A DNA stretch of 63,442 nt, the filler included, from Rhabdomonas costata (Eukaryota): the NCBI GenBank assembly GCA_019059605.1. It is 55 parts of 55 records of this genome, joined end to end, with 100 filler letters (N's around TTAATTAATTAA, not from the genome) between each part and the next. Parts side by side here need not be neighbours in the genome. Positions count along the whole stretch, not along the records: positions 1 to 1,056 come from JAHMHO010031019.1; positions 1,157 to 2,212 come from JAHMHO010031020.1; positions 2,313 to 3,368 come from JAHMHO010031021.1; positions 3,469 to 4,524 come from JAHMHO010031022.1; positions 4,625 to 5,680 come from JAHMHO010031023.1; positions 5,781 to 6,828 come from JAHMHO010031024.1; positions 6,929 to 7,984 come from JAHMHO010031025.1; positions 8,085 to 9,140 come from JAHMHO010031026.1; 47 more parts are not named here. One strand, given 5' to 3'. The position numbers and the translations under genes were made by a program. Below, piece by piece: positions 1-12,765 of the stretch. Below the pieces are notes generated by a model. That model searched no databases. It saw nothing but the letters and a program-made list of their open reading frames with translations, and had not been told where the DNA came from. The first letter of the stretch is position 1; every line of letters begins with the position of its first letter.

Positions 1-1056
1 GTGGTGGGTGTGTTTGGTGGTTTGGTGCTATAAAAGGTTGCCGCTACGGAAGGATTCTTTTGTGTCGCTTTGAAATCCTTGGAAACACTTCTATGGAGGA
101 TTCTTGGTCTTCAGAGAGGGGGGAACAGCAGTGGGTGGTCACCAATTCAATTTCCTGTGTGTGGTGTGGGTCGTGCGTGTGTGCGCGTGTGTGTAGCATT
201 GCGAAAATGACTAGTTGAACGCAGCACACTGGTGGCCGAAGAGTGTCCACCAATCATGGACTTGTATGCACTTCGTTGTCTTTGGAGCTAAGATCTGCTA
301 CCCCGTATGCAAGAGCGGAGGTTTGATTTTTCATACCCGCTTTCTGCATCAATTTAAGGCGTGTATAGTTGTGTGCGCTCCCGTCTGGGTTGGTTACTGC
401 TGGTTTGGTGTACTTTTGTCTCTCTCGGCCGACTTGACTGTCGTGCGGAGTCTCTTCTTCCTCACAGGGAGGCTCGGCCATGGCGACGAGCAGCAAGTCC
501 TGGAGCCCAAGAAGGTACTCGAAAAAATTTATTTCCCTCCCTTAGTTTCTTGGGTTTAGGCTTTGTCGGCTGTTTTGATATAATCAGTGCAGGATCGCCT
601 GTTCTTTTTTTTACGACTGTAAAAATTGCCAAAAAAAAAGTCAGAATTACGTTAGGTGCACAAGGCCGACATTTTTTTTTCAAAGTTAAAACAACAATGC
701 CGAATGGTCTCACATGTGCTGTGTGGTGTTTACAGTTACTGCACAGATACTGCACAACTCCGAAAATATTGTGTTCGCAAGTCCGCAAGTCCGCAAGATT
801 GAAAAAAAAGGATAGCTTAAGAATTGTAAAAAGAAATTTGGGGTAAGAGTTTTTTAAATGGAAAAAGGCCTTCCCTTATCCCTGCTTCGATAATTTCAGA
901 ATGTCAATCCTATGCGAAGCGAGAAACTACCGCTTGTGTCACCCGCGCACCTGAAAAGTATGGGTGACACCTCCTGTAAGTCCATAGGTAACCTCTTAGG
1001 GACACGTTAAGTACACCACCCCAACATCGACCCTTGATACACAAAAAACACTCAAA

Positions 1057-1156
1057 NNNNNNNNNNNNNNNNNNNNNNNNNNNNNNNNNNNNNNNNNNNN
1101 TTAATTAATTAANNNNNNNNNNNNNNNNNNNNNNNNNNNNNNNNNNNNNNNNNNNN
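1057..1156. other. Artificial contig-joining spacer N44-TTAATTAATTAA-N44 (first of 54 copies, period about 1155 bp)
   Basis: The same 100-bp spacer with stops in all six frames recurs at 1101, 2257, 3413 ... 62332. Contigs are almost equal in length (about 1050-1065 bp), as expected for size-sorted unplaced contigs. Confidence 0.99.
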
Positions 1157-4100
1157 GGGGGGGGTTGGTACTAATACGTCTTCCTGTGGAAAGGAGTGCG
1201 TTTAGTTCATAGTACATATAGGTGCTGCTTTTATGCTGAAAGATAAACACTAGGCGTTGGCCACAAAAGGAAAAGACGAGAGGCCACAAAAGGGCATCAG
1301 AAATTTCCCCCAGAAAGAAGAGTGTTTGCCAATCATTGGAATCCCTAAGCTCAACATCACCTAGAGTAATAAATGGCTTGCCAAGATATTGCCCATGCAG
1401 AAGAGGTGTGAAACTCCACCAAGACCTTAGAGTGCAAAAAGACGCAACCAATAACCGGCGTACCAACCTAAGTGCTTTCAGGTTGCCGAAAGCAAAATTG
1501 CACATGGAGTGCATCAGGGTAGAGTAATTTGGCATGAAAAATGTAAATTAACCGTTCTACTGTAACACAGCAAGCTGCACGTCAATGAAAGCGCCTCGCT
1601 GATCAAGAAAACGGCTGAGAAAAATGCAGAAATGGCACAATTCCAAACTGAAGTCATGACCCGGCGCTACGGTGACATTGAAGTCGACTAGAAGGAGTGT
1701 GGGCATCGTCATTTCCAGGAGGGCGACAAACTCCATAAAGTGGCTTTACGTAATTTACAACTGGTGTCACTAGAGAGATATGCATACACCGCAAAGTCTC
1801 GTATTTCAAGAAGAAAATCGTGTCAAAGTGGAACAAGTAACACTTGAAGGCGATCCATAGCATAAAGCGGTATCCAATTCTGGCCATATTGAAGCAAATG
1901 AGAGACGGCCACCACATGGGATGGCAAAACTCCCACGCCAGAGCGGTTTCTCCATTACCACCGGTACAGAGAGCATAAGGCACAACACCGTAAGAAATGG
2001 GTATACCCCAAAATGCGCAGTGCTGATGAGGCATATTTCAAAAACAAACGCGCAAACTTGGTCTTCAAAACCGCCCAAAAGATGTGCACTTATTCCAGCA
2101 ACGAGAGGCGGTGCTGACTCATCCAGGACACATTCCACCTCCCTCTGTGATGAGGGCAACGCAAGAGCCCACTGGTTTATCTTGACATTGGTGGGATTAA
2201 TCCCCCCCAACCNNNNNNNNNNNNNNNNNNNNNNNNNNNNNNNNNNNNNNNNNNNNTTAATTAATTAANNNNNNNNNNNNNNNNNNNNNNNNNNNNNNNN
2301 NNNNNNNNNNNNGGTTTTTGGTGGTGTGTTTGGTGTGGTTGGTCAGACATGGCTTACCCCCTGGCGCTTGTGAGAAATATAGGTGTTTCCTTCAATGCAA
2401 GGCTCATCGCAATGCTCATTCACAGCTTTTGGGGGGCATTAAACTCTCTTAATTTGCACCCTTTGGTTCCAGTTGCTTGCGGGTGGACGTGGTATTCATT
2501 TCGGGTCATTTCGGGTTGATGGTGATGAGCACATACGCTGAGCGCGGGGGTGCTGCCTTCGTCATTATTTTGTTGTGCAGAGACCTCACCTCCATCACCT
2601 CCCATGATTCGAGAGAGCTTTTTGTGATGAGTGACGACGGTCACGGGAGTACTGTTCGGATCCGTTCTGTGCTCATCACCGCAGACGCGGGAGCCCTCTT
2701 TTTGTATGATGCGCAGCGTTTTCGCAGGTTTGGTGTTGGAAATTTTTCAATTGTTCAAGTACCACCCGAATTGTGGCATCATTGTAATCTGAAAGTAAAT
2801 ATTTTCTCAAGAGTTAGTTGAACTGCTGCCGTCGCAGATTGGTTTGGAATTTATTATGGCTTCAATTCTACTGTCGACACACTCCCACACATACGGGACA
2901 TTACGGGAACGCACTCACACTTTGTGTGTTTTTGTGATTTTGGGGTTGCGAGTGGAAATAGAGACTGAGTGACAAGTTCACAGTCATTAGGGGTCTGGGA
3001 AGTGTCGGCCCATAGCGAGCTTTCAAACAAAACGGAAAAAGAAGCCCCCTGAAGTTTTTCGGGCAGGCTGTTTCGTAGCTGATATTGTTTTTTGGTTCAG
3101 GGATGTGCTCAGGAACTGCAGTGCGCAAAGCTTACCCCAGCAGTCGAACTGTATCATGGTTTCTCTGGGTTACCCATTGGAATACCACTACTTCACATGA
3201 CCCCAGTTTTCTGTAATCTCGTGCTTCTGCCCTGTGTTGTACTTATTTTGCGAGTTGCTGTCGTGCCCGTGCTTTGTCTTGTGTTGTTGCTGTTGTTGCC
3301 GCTGCATCCTTCCACTTCGAGCTCTACGACGCCAGGTTTGATACCCAAAGGGAATTCGCCAAAAAAACNNNNNNNNNNNNNNNNNNNNNNNNNNNNNNNN
3401 NNNNNNNNNNNNTTAATTAATTAANNNNNNNNNNNNNNNNNNNNNNNNNNNNNNNNNNNNNNNNNNNNGTGGGCTGAGGGTTTTGCCGTTTTCCGCTTTT
3501 TTTGTGGCTGCTTTTCGTTGCTTTGGAAGTAAACCAGGGAGTCTCGAGTCAAGCTTGTGACCTGTAAGCTTGACTTTCGATCTGAAGCGGGCCAGATGGA
3601 AAAGAACCAATAGAAAGAGAAATTTAAAAAACGTTTCAACCAATATCGTTCTGCAGCAAAGAGCAGCGAACATCGAACACAGAGCAATGAAATAGAGGGG
3701 GGTTTGCCAGAACATCGAATGCACCATTGGAATTGCCTTCCCAGGAGATATGGCACATGGAATAGGGGATATGGCGATCAACGAATGTGAAGGAGCGGGC
3801 AGCAGTGGAAAGAACGGGTGTATGGGAGAAGGCTTCCAAAAAAAAGGTTAGAAATTCCGATTTTCAGACCTGAGAGGGTTGAAACGACAGGCGGCATTTG
3901 GCATAAACTTGCTATTTCCGCACGTGCGTGTGCGGGGACAAAGTTAGGAATAAAGGAGGCGAAAGAGTACGTGTAAGCGCTTGGAGGGGCGCACAATATG
4001 GTCAATCCGGCAGTACACACAACCACCGACCCAAGACCCAGCTGAAGGCCATTCGCTTGTGCAAGCCCCGCAGAAACCCTTCCCCACAGCGCCGGGTACA

Positions 4101-4839
4101 CTTTCGAGGGGGAGCCCCAACCGCGCCCGGTAGCGCTGGAATAGGCCGCACAGGGCTGTCACCGCAGAGGCTTCCCAGCCGCAGAAGGTGTGCACCACCA
4201 CTGGAGCAAACTCCACCCTTTCTTTGGCGCCGAGGCCGAGTACAAGACTTTTTACTGGGCTCAGCTTCTCGTGCACGCCAGACTGCGGGGAAGGCCGAAG
4301 TTGGCTGAGAGCTGAAGCTCGTTTACCACGGACAGGTCGACAGCGAAAATCCGCAGCACGCTGCGTGAAGTCCTGTGGGACTCGTTGCTCAACCGAAAGC
4401 AGACTCTGCAATGTGAACCACCTCGTCTCTAAGCGCGTTGTGCCGGCGTACTGGCCGAGGCTGAGAATTTCCCATGTAACGCTCTCCTCCATCCACCATC
4501 TGCTGACAAGTCAGAAAAACAACANNNNNNNNNNNNNNNNNNNNNNNNNNNNNNNNNNNNNNNNNNNNTTAATTAATTAANNNNNNNNNNNNNNNNNNNN
4601 NNNNNNNNNNNNNNNNNNNNNNNNGGGGTTGTTAATGTCTAGGATATGGCCCCGCCATACCGTACGTGAAAAACGAAAAACTACAGCTGGTGTCAGAAGG
4701 ACATCAGGAAAACATCGGCATACCCCAGAAAAGGTACGCTGAAATTTGAAGCTTCCCGTGCTTAAGAGGAAACTATTGAAATGATACCCAGCTTGACGCA
4801 TTCTAGCATGCAGCTGCATGTATGAATGTTTGTGTGGAC

Positions 4840-5510
4840 CGGTTGAGCATGGGTCGATGGGGTGAAGGGCAGGGACCTCCTCCAGCTGAGTGAACTGAGC
4901 CACGGCGGAGGGGGGGTAGGCCTGCAGCTGAGCCCCTTCTCTGGTGAGAGTCGTGGACACCACGTACCCATTGTCTTCAGACGGTGGAGCCGCAACGATC
5001 CCGATGTGCCCTGCGGCAACGACACGCACATATTCCCACACAAGAGTGGTGGCCAAATGCAGACACACGTTGTGCCCCCCCCCTTTTTTTTCTGTGCGAA
5101 GCTTCTGTTGGCGTTTTAAGAAGGGTTTCATTAGCATTACGAGCATTCTAGCTTTCTTCACCTCTACTATGGTGGCGAGTGCTCCTGGTCAGCAAGGGGT
5201 GTTAACCAGTGAACACCGTTACGATTGGGGACAGCGTTAGTTTGGGAGCGGAAGCCAGCCTGCGGCTTGGCCGGAGCGGACAGATGAGGCGGGGACATGT
5301 CATGGTAGGGGTCGTCAAAAAATCTGACTTTTGGTGTTCAAGGGTGGTAAGCGTTAAACGCCCTGACCTCCCAATACAATATTCCCCATGCCTTTCTGAC
5401 AAGTCAATGAGGGTCAAGCGCAAACGCCGGGTACATGGGGGTCACACACCCCGGATGTCCACTCCCACGAGAACCGCGGCGGCATCCGGTGGCTGCTCAG
5501 GGCCCGTGAC
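4840..5510 (-). CDS. Two exons of an unidentified protein (5510-5450, 5010-4840)
   Basis: cag acceptors and gtgtgt/gtccac donors. The phase-1 junction gives VTGPEQPPDAAAVLVGVDIRG-HIGIVAAPPSEDNGYVVSTTLTREGAQLQAYPP; GC3-rich. No family recognised. Confidence 0.45.
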
Positions 5511-8500
5511 CTGCCACACTCCAATCTCTCCTTTCAAGAAGAAAATGAGAAATAGAGGTAAAGGGAGAAAGTAGACAGAGCTCTGCAGGGGGGCGCCCAC
5601 GCGAGCAAATATCCGCATCTGAGATAAATTGCGTCATGTTAAAAGTGAAAAAACTATAAAAACTATAGCCACACCCACCCNNNNNNNNNNNNNNNNNNNN
5701 NNNNNNNNNNNNNNNNNNNNNNNNTTAATTAATTAANNNNNNNNNNNNNNNNNNNNNNNNNNNNNNNNNNNNNNNNNNNNAGCCGCGCAATTCACCGACT
5801 GGACGGTTTTGTGGATTGAAGAGTTTCTTGGAGTCCGCCCCCAAGCTTGGGAAGAATTGTTCTGTGTTTGCCTCATCGAGATTGAGTGTCAAGGCATGCT
5901 GGAGGTGATATTCTGGTTTTGTAACTGTCGGCTTTGTTTTCTCATCTAATTCATGGGTCTCCCTGGTGCCCAGTCGGTCCCCGCGCAGCCTTAGCATGGC
6001 TGCTTTTTCAGAATTTTTTTTTAGAATAAAGGACAAGCCGCCACCACAGCGTAGTTCAAAGCGACAACCGGCGGGAAGAAAAAAACAAATACTTGTGGTC
6101 GGGAACCTCAGCGCGGGGACTACGGGTGTTCAAAGAGAAAAGGCGTACGGGAACATATTTTCACCCACCGCTAAAGCAGCTTTCTGTTCCATTACCTGTT
6201 TCCCAGGGCCAGGCCCAGGATCCATTGGAAGCGGGGTTATTCCGGGATGCCAAGACACGGTATATAAAACCCCAAATCGGTCAAAGAAAAGATTGCGCCT
6301 ATGCGCCCGGGGAGGCCGCCGATCTGGACACCCTCCGGTGAAACGCACTGTCAACGGCGGTTTGGGCGTGGGCGGCCTTACCCCCCGGCACGGCACGTAA
6401 CGGCCCCAAAGGCCAAAGGCCCCAACGCCCATATCCCTGCGCCGCCCAACGGACAAAGTAAAGCGACCTTAAAAAGCCGATGATACAATTGCGGGGGGTC
6501 GGACGGGCACCGGGAATTCACAACAGAATCGATGGCCCGGCAAAAAAAAACCAGAGAAAAAGGCAAACAGGAGGCCGCGCCGCGAACAAAAACACACACT
6601 TAAGGAAGGGGAAACTTTCGACTCCCCAACGGAAGGGCCAGATTATAGCAAACATTACTTCCCCCGAGCGAGCTGGCAATAAGCCCACTTGCACGGGAAC
6701 AACACAAACACGCACTTTAACGGAACCGGCTAACAAAAGCCCCAGCCCTCGGCCGACTGGCCGATTGATTGTCCGGAAGCCTGCATGTCCAATTGCGGTG
6801 CCCACACACCCCACCCACACCCACCACANNNNNNNNNNNNNNNNNNNNNNNNNNNNNNNNNNNNNNNNNNNNTTAATTAATTAANNNNNNNNNNNNNNNN
6901 NNNNNNNNNNNNNNNNNNNNNNNNNNNNGTTGTTGTTTCCCGTGGACGTGTCTTCTTTGCTGTTCTCTTGCGCACACGTTTCCGAAGGAAAATTGATGTT
7001 TTCGACCTTTTCTGCAGCACATTGTTCATTTTTACCTTTTGTTTGGTGCCCGCCCGCCTCAATTCGTTGCCTGCTACTGCTACGTGCGAAATGGTCATTT
7101 TGAACGCTGGCTTGACCCCTTCTCTTTCCCAGGGACATGTTTTCTGTGCTGTTCAGTTGTGTAAGCGGGGAGAAAACAAAAGTTTCCGAAGGGAACCACC
7201 TTTTGCGGACACTATCCCTACTTCACCGGCTTGCAAAAGGACAGCAGCACTTTGAATGGAAGGGCGCAATTCCCGACAATGGCAATCATCACCGGTAAAG
7301 CTGAATGCCATGCATCTGAAAGAAAGAAAGACAGGGCAAGTGACTTTGCACAACGAGTATCGGCACTATTGACAGGGAAACCCACGGATGAACAGAACAT
7401 GACAAAACTACGCAGGCGGACAGAAACGGGCCGCAGCGGCCCTTGCAACTCTCACGAGAGGCTTCCAAAGGAAAGCCGATGGCCGTGCATGGCAGCCAGC
7501 AGGTTCAGCTCGTGATCCAAGCGGCCGTCACAAAGGTCCCAGGTGCTGGTCTGCAAAGGCTGGAAACCAATGGAAACAACAGCCAGAAGTGGTGGTGAAA
7601 GGCAGAGGTTTCCTGGGCCAGAAGAAACGTTCGAAGCAATGGACGATTCCTCACGGCAACGATTGGAAGGTCTGCACGGTTTTCTTCCTTGATTCAGACG
7701 CTGCGCAAATCAACAAACTCGAAGCGAATCACAGTACCGAACACCGTTGAAGAATGGATGAGACCACAAGGAAAGGAGAGAGGCTAGGAGGGTTTTCAGC
7801 CCGAGAGGGACACTCAAGCGCATAAACCACCTAATCATCGCATGCGAGTTTCCACCCTAAGCACTGCAGAGCACTTCTGTAAAGAGATGGACACAGAGAG
7901 TTAGACGCTAGGAGCAAAAACCTGCGCTGGAGACTCAAAGTCCCGAAGGTCAACCGACTCGCTGCGGATGGGATGTGCGGCGGANNNNNNNNNNNNNNNN
8001 NNNNNNNNNNNNNNNNNNNNNNNNNNNNTTAATTAATTAANNNNNNNNNNNNNNNNNNNNNNNNNNNNNNNNNNNNNNNNNNNNGGGGTGTGGTCCATTA
8101 TCCTACATTGGGGAGGAAGATTTGGATGATTGGCTTGATGACAGCATTGTAAGGCCTCACTGTTGACGAGAACTGGTCTGGTTACATCCACAAGCTTCAA
8201 TGCCTTTCCTTATTTTGGAAGTGAAATTTGGAGCAGCAACACGGTTTGATTTTCCTGACTTGTGAACTTGGGACTCTTTAATCATTGCGAACGTTGCTCG
8301 TAACTATTGCTACAAACTCTTGCTTTTTAAGGCACACATTCATGTAATTGTAGCAAATGTGAATACAAAAACTAAGTTTGCTCGCAATGGAGATATGGTA
8401 GTTGCGGGTGTGTAGTTTCGTGCGTGTAATTGAAACTCTATCTTCCTATTCCTATTATGTTTTGATATGCTTTCTGCATCACTTCAATCATTTAATTAAC

Positions 8501-9317
8501 TGTGTGAGAAGACAGTGCAGATTATATTGTGAAAGAATAGCAATAGAGAGTTTAATATCATCCGCACATCCATCTATTTGTCATTGCGAATATGCAAACA
8601 CTCAGAAAATGAATGCCATTGAGCCCACGCCACATTTTGCCTGAGTTAACCAATCTCGTGCTTGTGATCCCATAAGGATGCTCCGGAGAAAGATTTGGTG
8701 CCAGAGGCTTAAAATCTGCTTGTAAAATGTTTCAGCAGTAAAGAGTTTTCAGAAACTATGCACAATATTGCCGCATGCTTTTACCTGGAAAGTGAAGAAA
8801 ATGTGATGATTGCAGCTTTAGACAATGTATTTATTCCCAAAGACGTGCCATTTGCATTACGGGCTTATATAGAGGCATTGCCACGCGCAGTGTTTTGAGA
8901 TTTAAGCACCACATCTCGGTTGTATCTGGAGTAATTGATGCTGAAACATGTAATTTTGGACTACTACCTCAATAATGGTGATTGTGTGGCCTGTTTTATG
9001 TTGTACATTATTCGGCAAATTTCTGGTAGCGTGCGATGTTAATGTGGTTTGAATCCTATTGATGTGGTTCGGTTTTTGAACTCCATGACGCCCCTGGTGT
9101 TTTAAAGTGATGACAAATGGCATGGCAGTTGGACGTAATTNNNNNNNNNNNNNNNNNNNNNNNNNNNNNNNNNNNNNNNNNNNNTTAATTAATTAANNNN
9201 NNNNNNNNNNNNNNNNNNNNNNNNNNNNNNNNNNNNNNNNGTGGTGGGTGTGTTTGGGTGTGGTGGTAACTGGCACAAGTCTGGGCTTGGATGAGGGTGA
9301 CAGATATGAGGACGTGC

Positions 9318-9547
9318 CTGGATGACCGCAATGACCTCCTCGTCGTGCAGGATGGGCATCGTCAGCACGGACTTGGTGAGATAGCCCATCAGGCGGTCAA
9401 TGTTTGGGTTGAAGTGAGGGTCCTGGTAGGCGTCGGCGATGGACATGGTCTTCCCGGTGCGCGCGACGTGCCCAGCGATGCCCTCGTCCAGGTTAAACCG
9501 AATCTCCACCCCGCCCGTCTTATGCGCGGCCTTCGAGCACAGCTGCC
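9318..9547 (-). CDS. Exon encoding a GAF domain (cyclic-nucleotide phosphodiesterase/cyclase type)
   Basis: EIRFNLDEGIAGHVARTGKTMSIADAYQDPHFNPNIDRLMGYLTKSVLTMPILHDEEVIAVIQ is a classic GAF signature. Acceptor ttgcag; ends CAG|gcacgt (GC donor). Confidence 0.9.
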
Positions 9548-10505
9548 CTGCAACCCCCCACCGGCAGTGATCGCCTGGGAAAGAAATCACACCCGAGTCA
9601 AACAACCACGGCACCCATGTACAAAACCTTTCAAAGGAATTCAAAGGAAGACACAGACCACAAGCAATTGCGAAGCATTCGACCACCCCCGCCGTTATGG
9701 AGACCAGCGCGTGATAACTGCAGCAATCGCACACGTCACTCCCGCGTCCGTATTCGTAACAACGCCCTTTCACCATCCGTGCGATTCGCAGATCCTCTCC
9801 CGTGGGATAAGTGTTTCGCCCTATATCCCTTCCGCGTGACCCACGACGGAACAAAATCATCCATCGCTGCCAAAAGTTTAGGAACGTTCGGAGCGATCGC
9901 TGGGCACGGGCGAATACCACGGGGGAAGTGCTACAGCCAAGATGTGTGGTCCTTGACCTTAAATAAATAATTAAGAGGCACTTTCAACTTCCAATTAGCC
10001 ACATTGTACTCACGCTGACACGAAGAACGCGCCGGGCCAACGCTAAGAGTTACAGCTCGATAGTCAAACGGTAACCAAGCCAACACACGCTATGACCCAC
10101 AGTTGCAGTGGCATACCATGCTCCTTGTCCACAACAAACCTGCGAGACAAACAGACACGAGATATCAAAAAAGCTGGGCAATATTTAGCTCTGGATGGTC
10201 CAAGAGCACTGGGAACAGGGAAACCTTTTCCATGCAGCCAATCACCAAACCAACCGGCATGTCAACATTCTACAAACCAGAAACCGAAAAACAAAANNNN
10301 NNNNNNNNNNNNNNNNNNNNNNNNNNNNNNNNNNNNNNNNTTAATTAATTAANNNNNNNNNNNNNNNNNNNNNNNNNNNNNNNNNNNNNNNNNNNNGTCC
10401 GAAGCTTGATCACGACCATAGCGGCACGTCACTGTACACGTGATGACATACCGATAGCACCCACAGAGGGCAGGATGACACACGCATCATTAAGGCCACT
10501 GACAC

Positions 10506-10693
10506 CTAGCGATGGTGGTGGTTATGTCTGTGTCGCTAGTCGCGCGGCGGTGCATCTCTTCGGCCTCCGCAACCTCCTCGTCGCGAAGGTGCCCCAAGAA
10601 GCGGTGGAACTCCACCGTGGCCTGGGCCCGAACCATTACCCGGCGATCCACCAGGTGGGTCCGCCTCTGCTCCTCTAGAGCCCTCCGCGCAAG
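10506..10693 (-). CDS. Exon of a helical/coiled-coil protein
   Basis: Polypyrimidine-cag acceptor and AG|gtgtca donor; LARRALEEQRRTHLVDRRVMVRAQATVEFHRFLGHLRDEEVAEAEEMHRR; GC3-rich. Confidence 0.5.
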
Positions 10694-11551
10694 CTGAGGA
10701 GGAAGGGGGGTGCCAACGAACAGTGCGTGAGAGAGGGACTGAGTCAGTCGACAGCCCATGAGATGAGAGCTAATCTGAGGAGGACTCTCGATCCATTGCA
10801 CCTTCTCCCTCTCCTCCCTTTCTCCCTCCATCTCTCTTCTATTATTTCGTTCTGTCTGTCATATCCATGAACTATGTCCGAAACCCCATCCCGTAGCAAC
10901 ATTCGCTTCCTCTCCAATCTCTGTCCATATTTTTTCTCCGTTCTAGTCCCTTATCCTTGTCTCCGTCTTTTTTTTTCGCACGCTTTCTCCCGCTCCTTCG
11001 TTCATTCCCCGTTCATAACTATTTATACGCCCCGCAAAATTTAAAACACTTCTACAGCGGGGCTCTGTGGGGGCTGGACTGACCCCCAAAGGACTGGGGA
11101 CTATTCCTTTCAGAGGACACATGGCACATGAAGAGGGGAGATCTGGCGACGTGGTTTCCCGCGGCACCATCTATAGGTCCCCTAGTGTCTAAAACTTTGG
11201 GGTATGCCAGCTTTTCCGCGTTGGCAGCGTTCTTCTGTCTTCGTGCCCCTTCTCTCCTCTCTCCCTCTCTCTCTCTCTCTCTCTCTACCAACGGATGGGA
11301 GGGAGCGTTCGGACACGGTTGAACAGAGTGCGGGTGAGCCCTTCCTGTTCAGGTTCTTTTCGTCTCCTCTCCTTGTGTAACCTCCCCTTCACACTCCACT
11401 CAGCCCAAAATCATTGGTTCAATTCACATTTTTTGGCGCGCAACAACCCACNNNNNNNNNNNNNNNNNNNNNNNNNNNNNNNNNNNNNNNNNNNNTTAAT
11501 TAATTAANNNNNNNNNNNNNNNNNNNNNNNNNNNNNNNNNNNNNNNNNNNN

Positions 11552-11762
11552 CATCAAACAGTTTTTTCATTGCTTTCATGTTTTTCTCTTCTTGTATCTT
11601 ATCTTCAATGGCGCGTTTTCTTGGTTTTCTTGCAATTTTTTTAATTGCTTTGAGCTGATTAGGTATTGGGCGTATCAACTTCATGAATTCTTCCGTCCTT
11701 TTTTGTGTTTCATTTCTTATATCAATCATATTTATAATAGTACTAGAATTTATATTCTCCAT
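11552..11762 (-). CDS. Lys/Ile-rich hypothetical protein of the PolB element, 3'-truncated
   Basis: ATG at 11762 after an AT-rich tract, open to the contig end; AT-rich codon usage like the PolB ORF. Confidence 0.5.
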
Positions 11763-11894
11763 CTATACTATAGGTTTAGAATATAAATTTTAAAAATTAT
11801 ATCTTTTTTAATTTTATATATACTTATTTTCTTAAGCCTATAATTTTTAAAAATTATATATTTTTAAAAATTTTATATTTTTACTAGTAGTATA

Positions 11895-11967
11895 GTAAGT
11901 TGGGAGCACCGTCCCAGTTTTACGAAGCCTGCGGCTTCGGAAAACTAGGACGGTGCGCCCAACTTAC
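11895..11967. repeat. Hairpin: 35-bp arms (32/35 paired), 3-nt loop
   Basis: gtaagttgggagcaccgtcccagttttacgaagcc-tgc-ggcttcggaaaactaggacggtgcgcccaacttac. Confidence 0.95.
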
Positions 11968-12055
11968 GTTCACTTTCATTCGCCGCCGCGCCGCCGCCAT
12001 TAGACTATCTGTTTGAGAGAGAGCCGCTAAACTGACTGTCCTGTACAAGTTAAAT

Positions 12056-12157
12056 ATTACCCACCCCGTCCATAATATCTAGCGCATGATACCACCCAGT
12101 CCATCCATAATACCAAGCGCATAATACCACCCAGTCCAGACATAATCTCTAGCGCAT
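12056..12157. repeat. Three imperfect direct repeats of about 32-35 bp
   Basis: Units approximate taccacccagtcca..cataat.tctagcgcat and end at 12087, 12122 and 12157. Confidence 0.9.
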
Positions 12158-12212
12158 ACTAGGATATTTTTGTATAATTTATTAAAAAAATTATATAATA
12201 ATTATATAATTT

Positions 12213-12607
12213 TTATTCTGTTTTAATCTCTGTTTTAATATCTGTTTCTTCAAGCGGTGCTTTAATATCTTTTTCTTCAAGCGGAGCTGTACATAAACCA
12301 TCACACATAATATTTCGTTTGTTATATTTTGCACTAAGGCCTGTTTTCGATGTTTTATACCAGTATATAGAGCCGTTAAATTGTCTCATTCCTATATTTT
12401 CACACATCATATCAACGTTTGAAAATAGAACTTTTTTGAAATTTTTGTAGTTTAAAAGTTTGTTATTTTTGGTTTTCTGTACACCTTTACTCGAAAATTT
12501 GTCTTTCTTATTCTGTTCACTAAGACAATAATATAATTTACTTGATAAGCAGATCATCCCGTCACCGATGAACTCGGTTTTAAACAAACCAGCTGTTCGA
12601 TTGTCAT
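12213..12607 (-). CDS. Family B DNA polymerase, C-terminal part (Polinton/adintovirus-like), 5'-truncated
   Basis: DNRTAGLFKTEFIGDGMICLSSKLYYC...KFSSKGVQK...NIGMRQFNGSIYWYKTSKTGLSAKYNKRNIMCDGLCTAPL matches the RTxGLFKxE / KxY / KGV / KR..DG..T.PL pattern of this PolB group. Confidence 0.85.
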
Positions 12608-12765
12608 NNNNNNNNNNNNNNNNNNNNNNNNNNNNNNNNNNNNNNNNNNNNTTAATTAATTAANNNNNNNNNNNNNNNNNNNNNNNNNNNNNNNNNNNNN
12701 NNNNNNNATTTTATTCCTTCTTCATTCAGCGACTATATTTTTGGCAATAAAGAATATTTCGAACA

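Larger units (their letters stand above)
11552..12607 (-). mobile_element. Fragment of a Polinton/Maverick- or adintovirus-like (protein-primed PolB) element
   Basis: Very AT-rich, intronless contig unlike host exons. Carries the PolB C-terminus, tandem repeats, a long hairpin and a second co-oriented ORF. Confidence 0.75.

Noticed and set aside
8085-9140. AT-rich contig as a second viral fragment
   Set aside because: All frames are interrupted and I recognise no motif.
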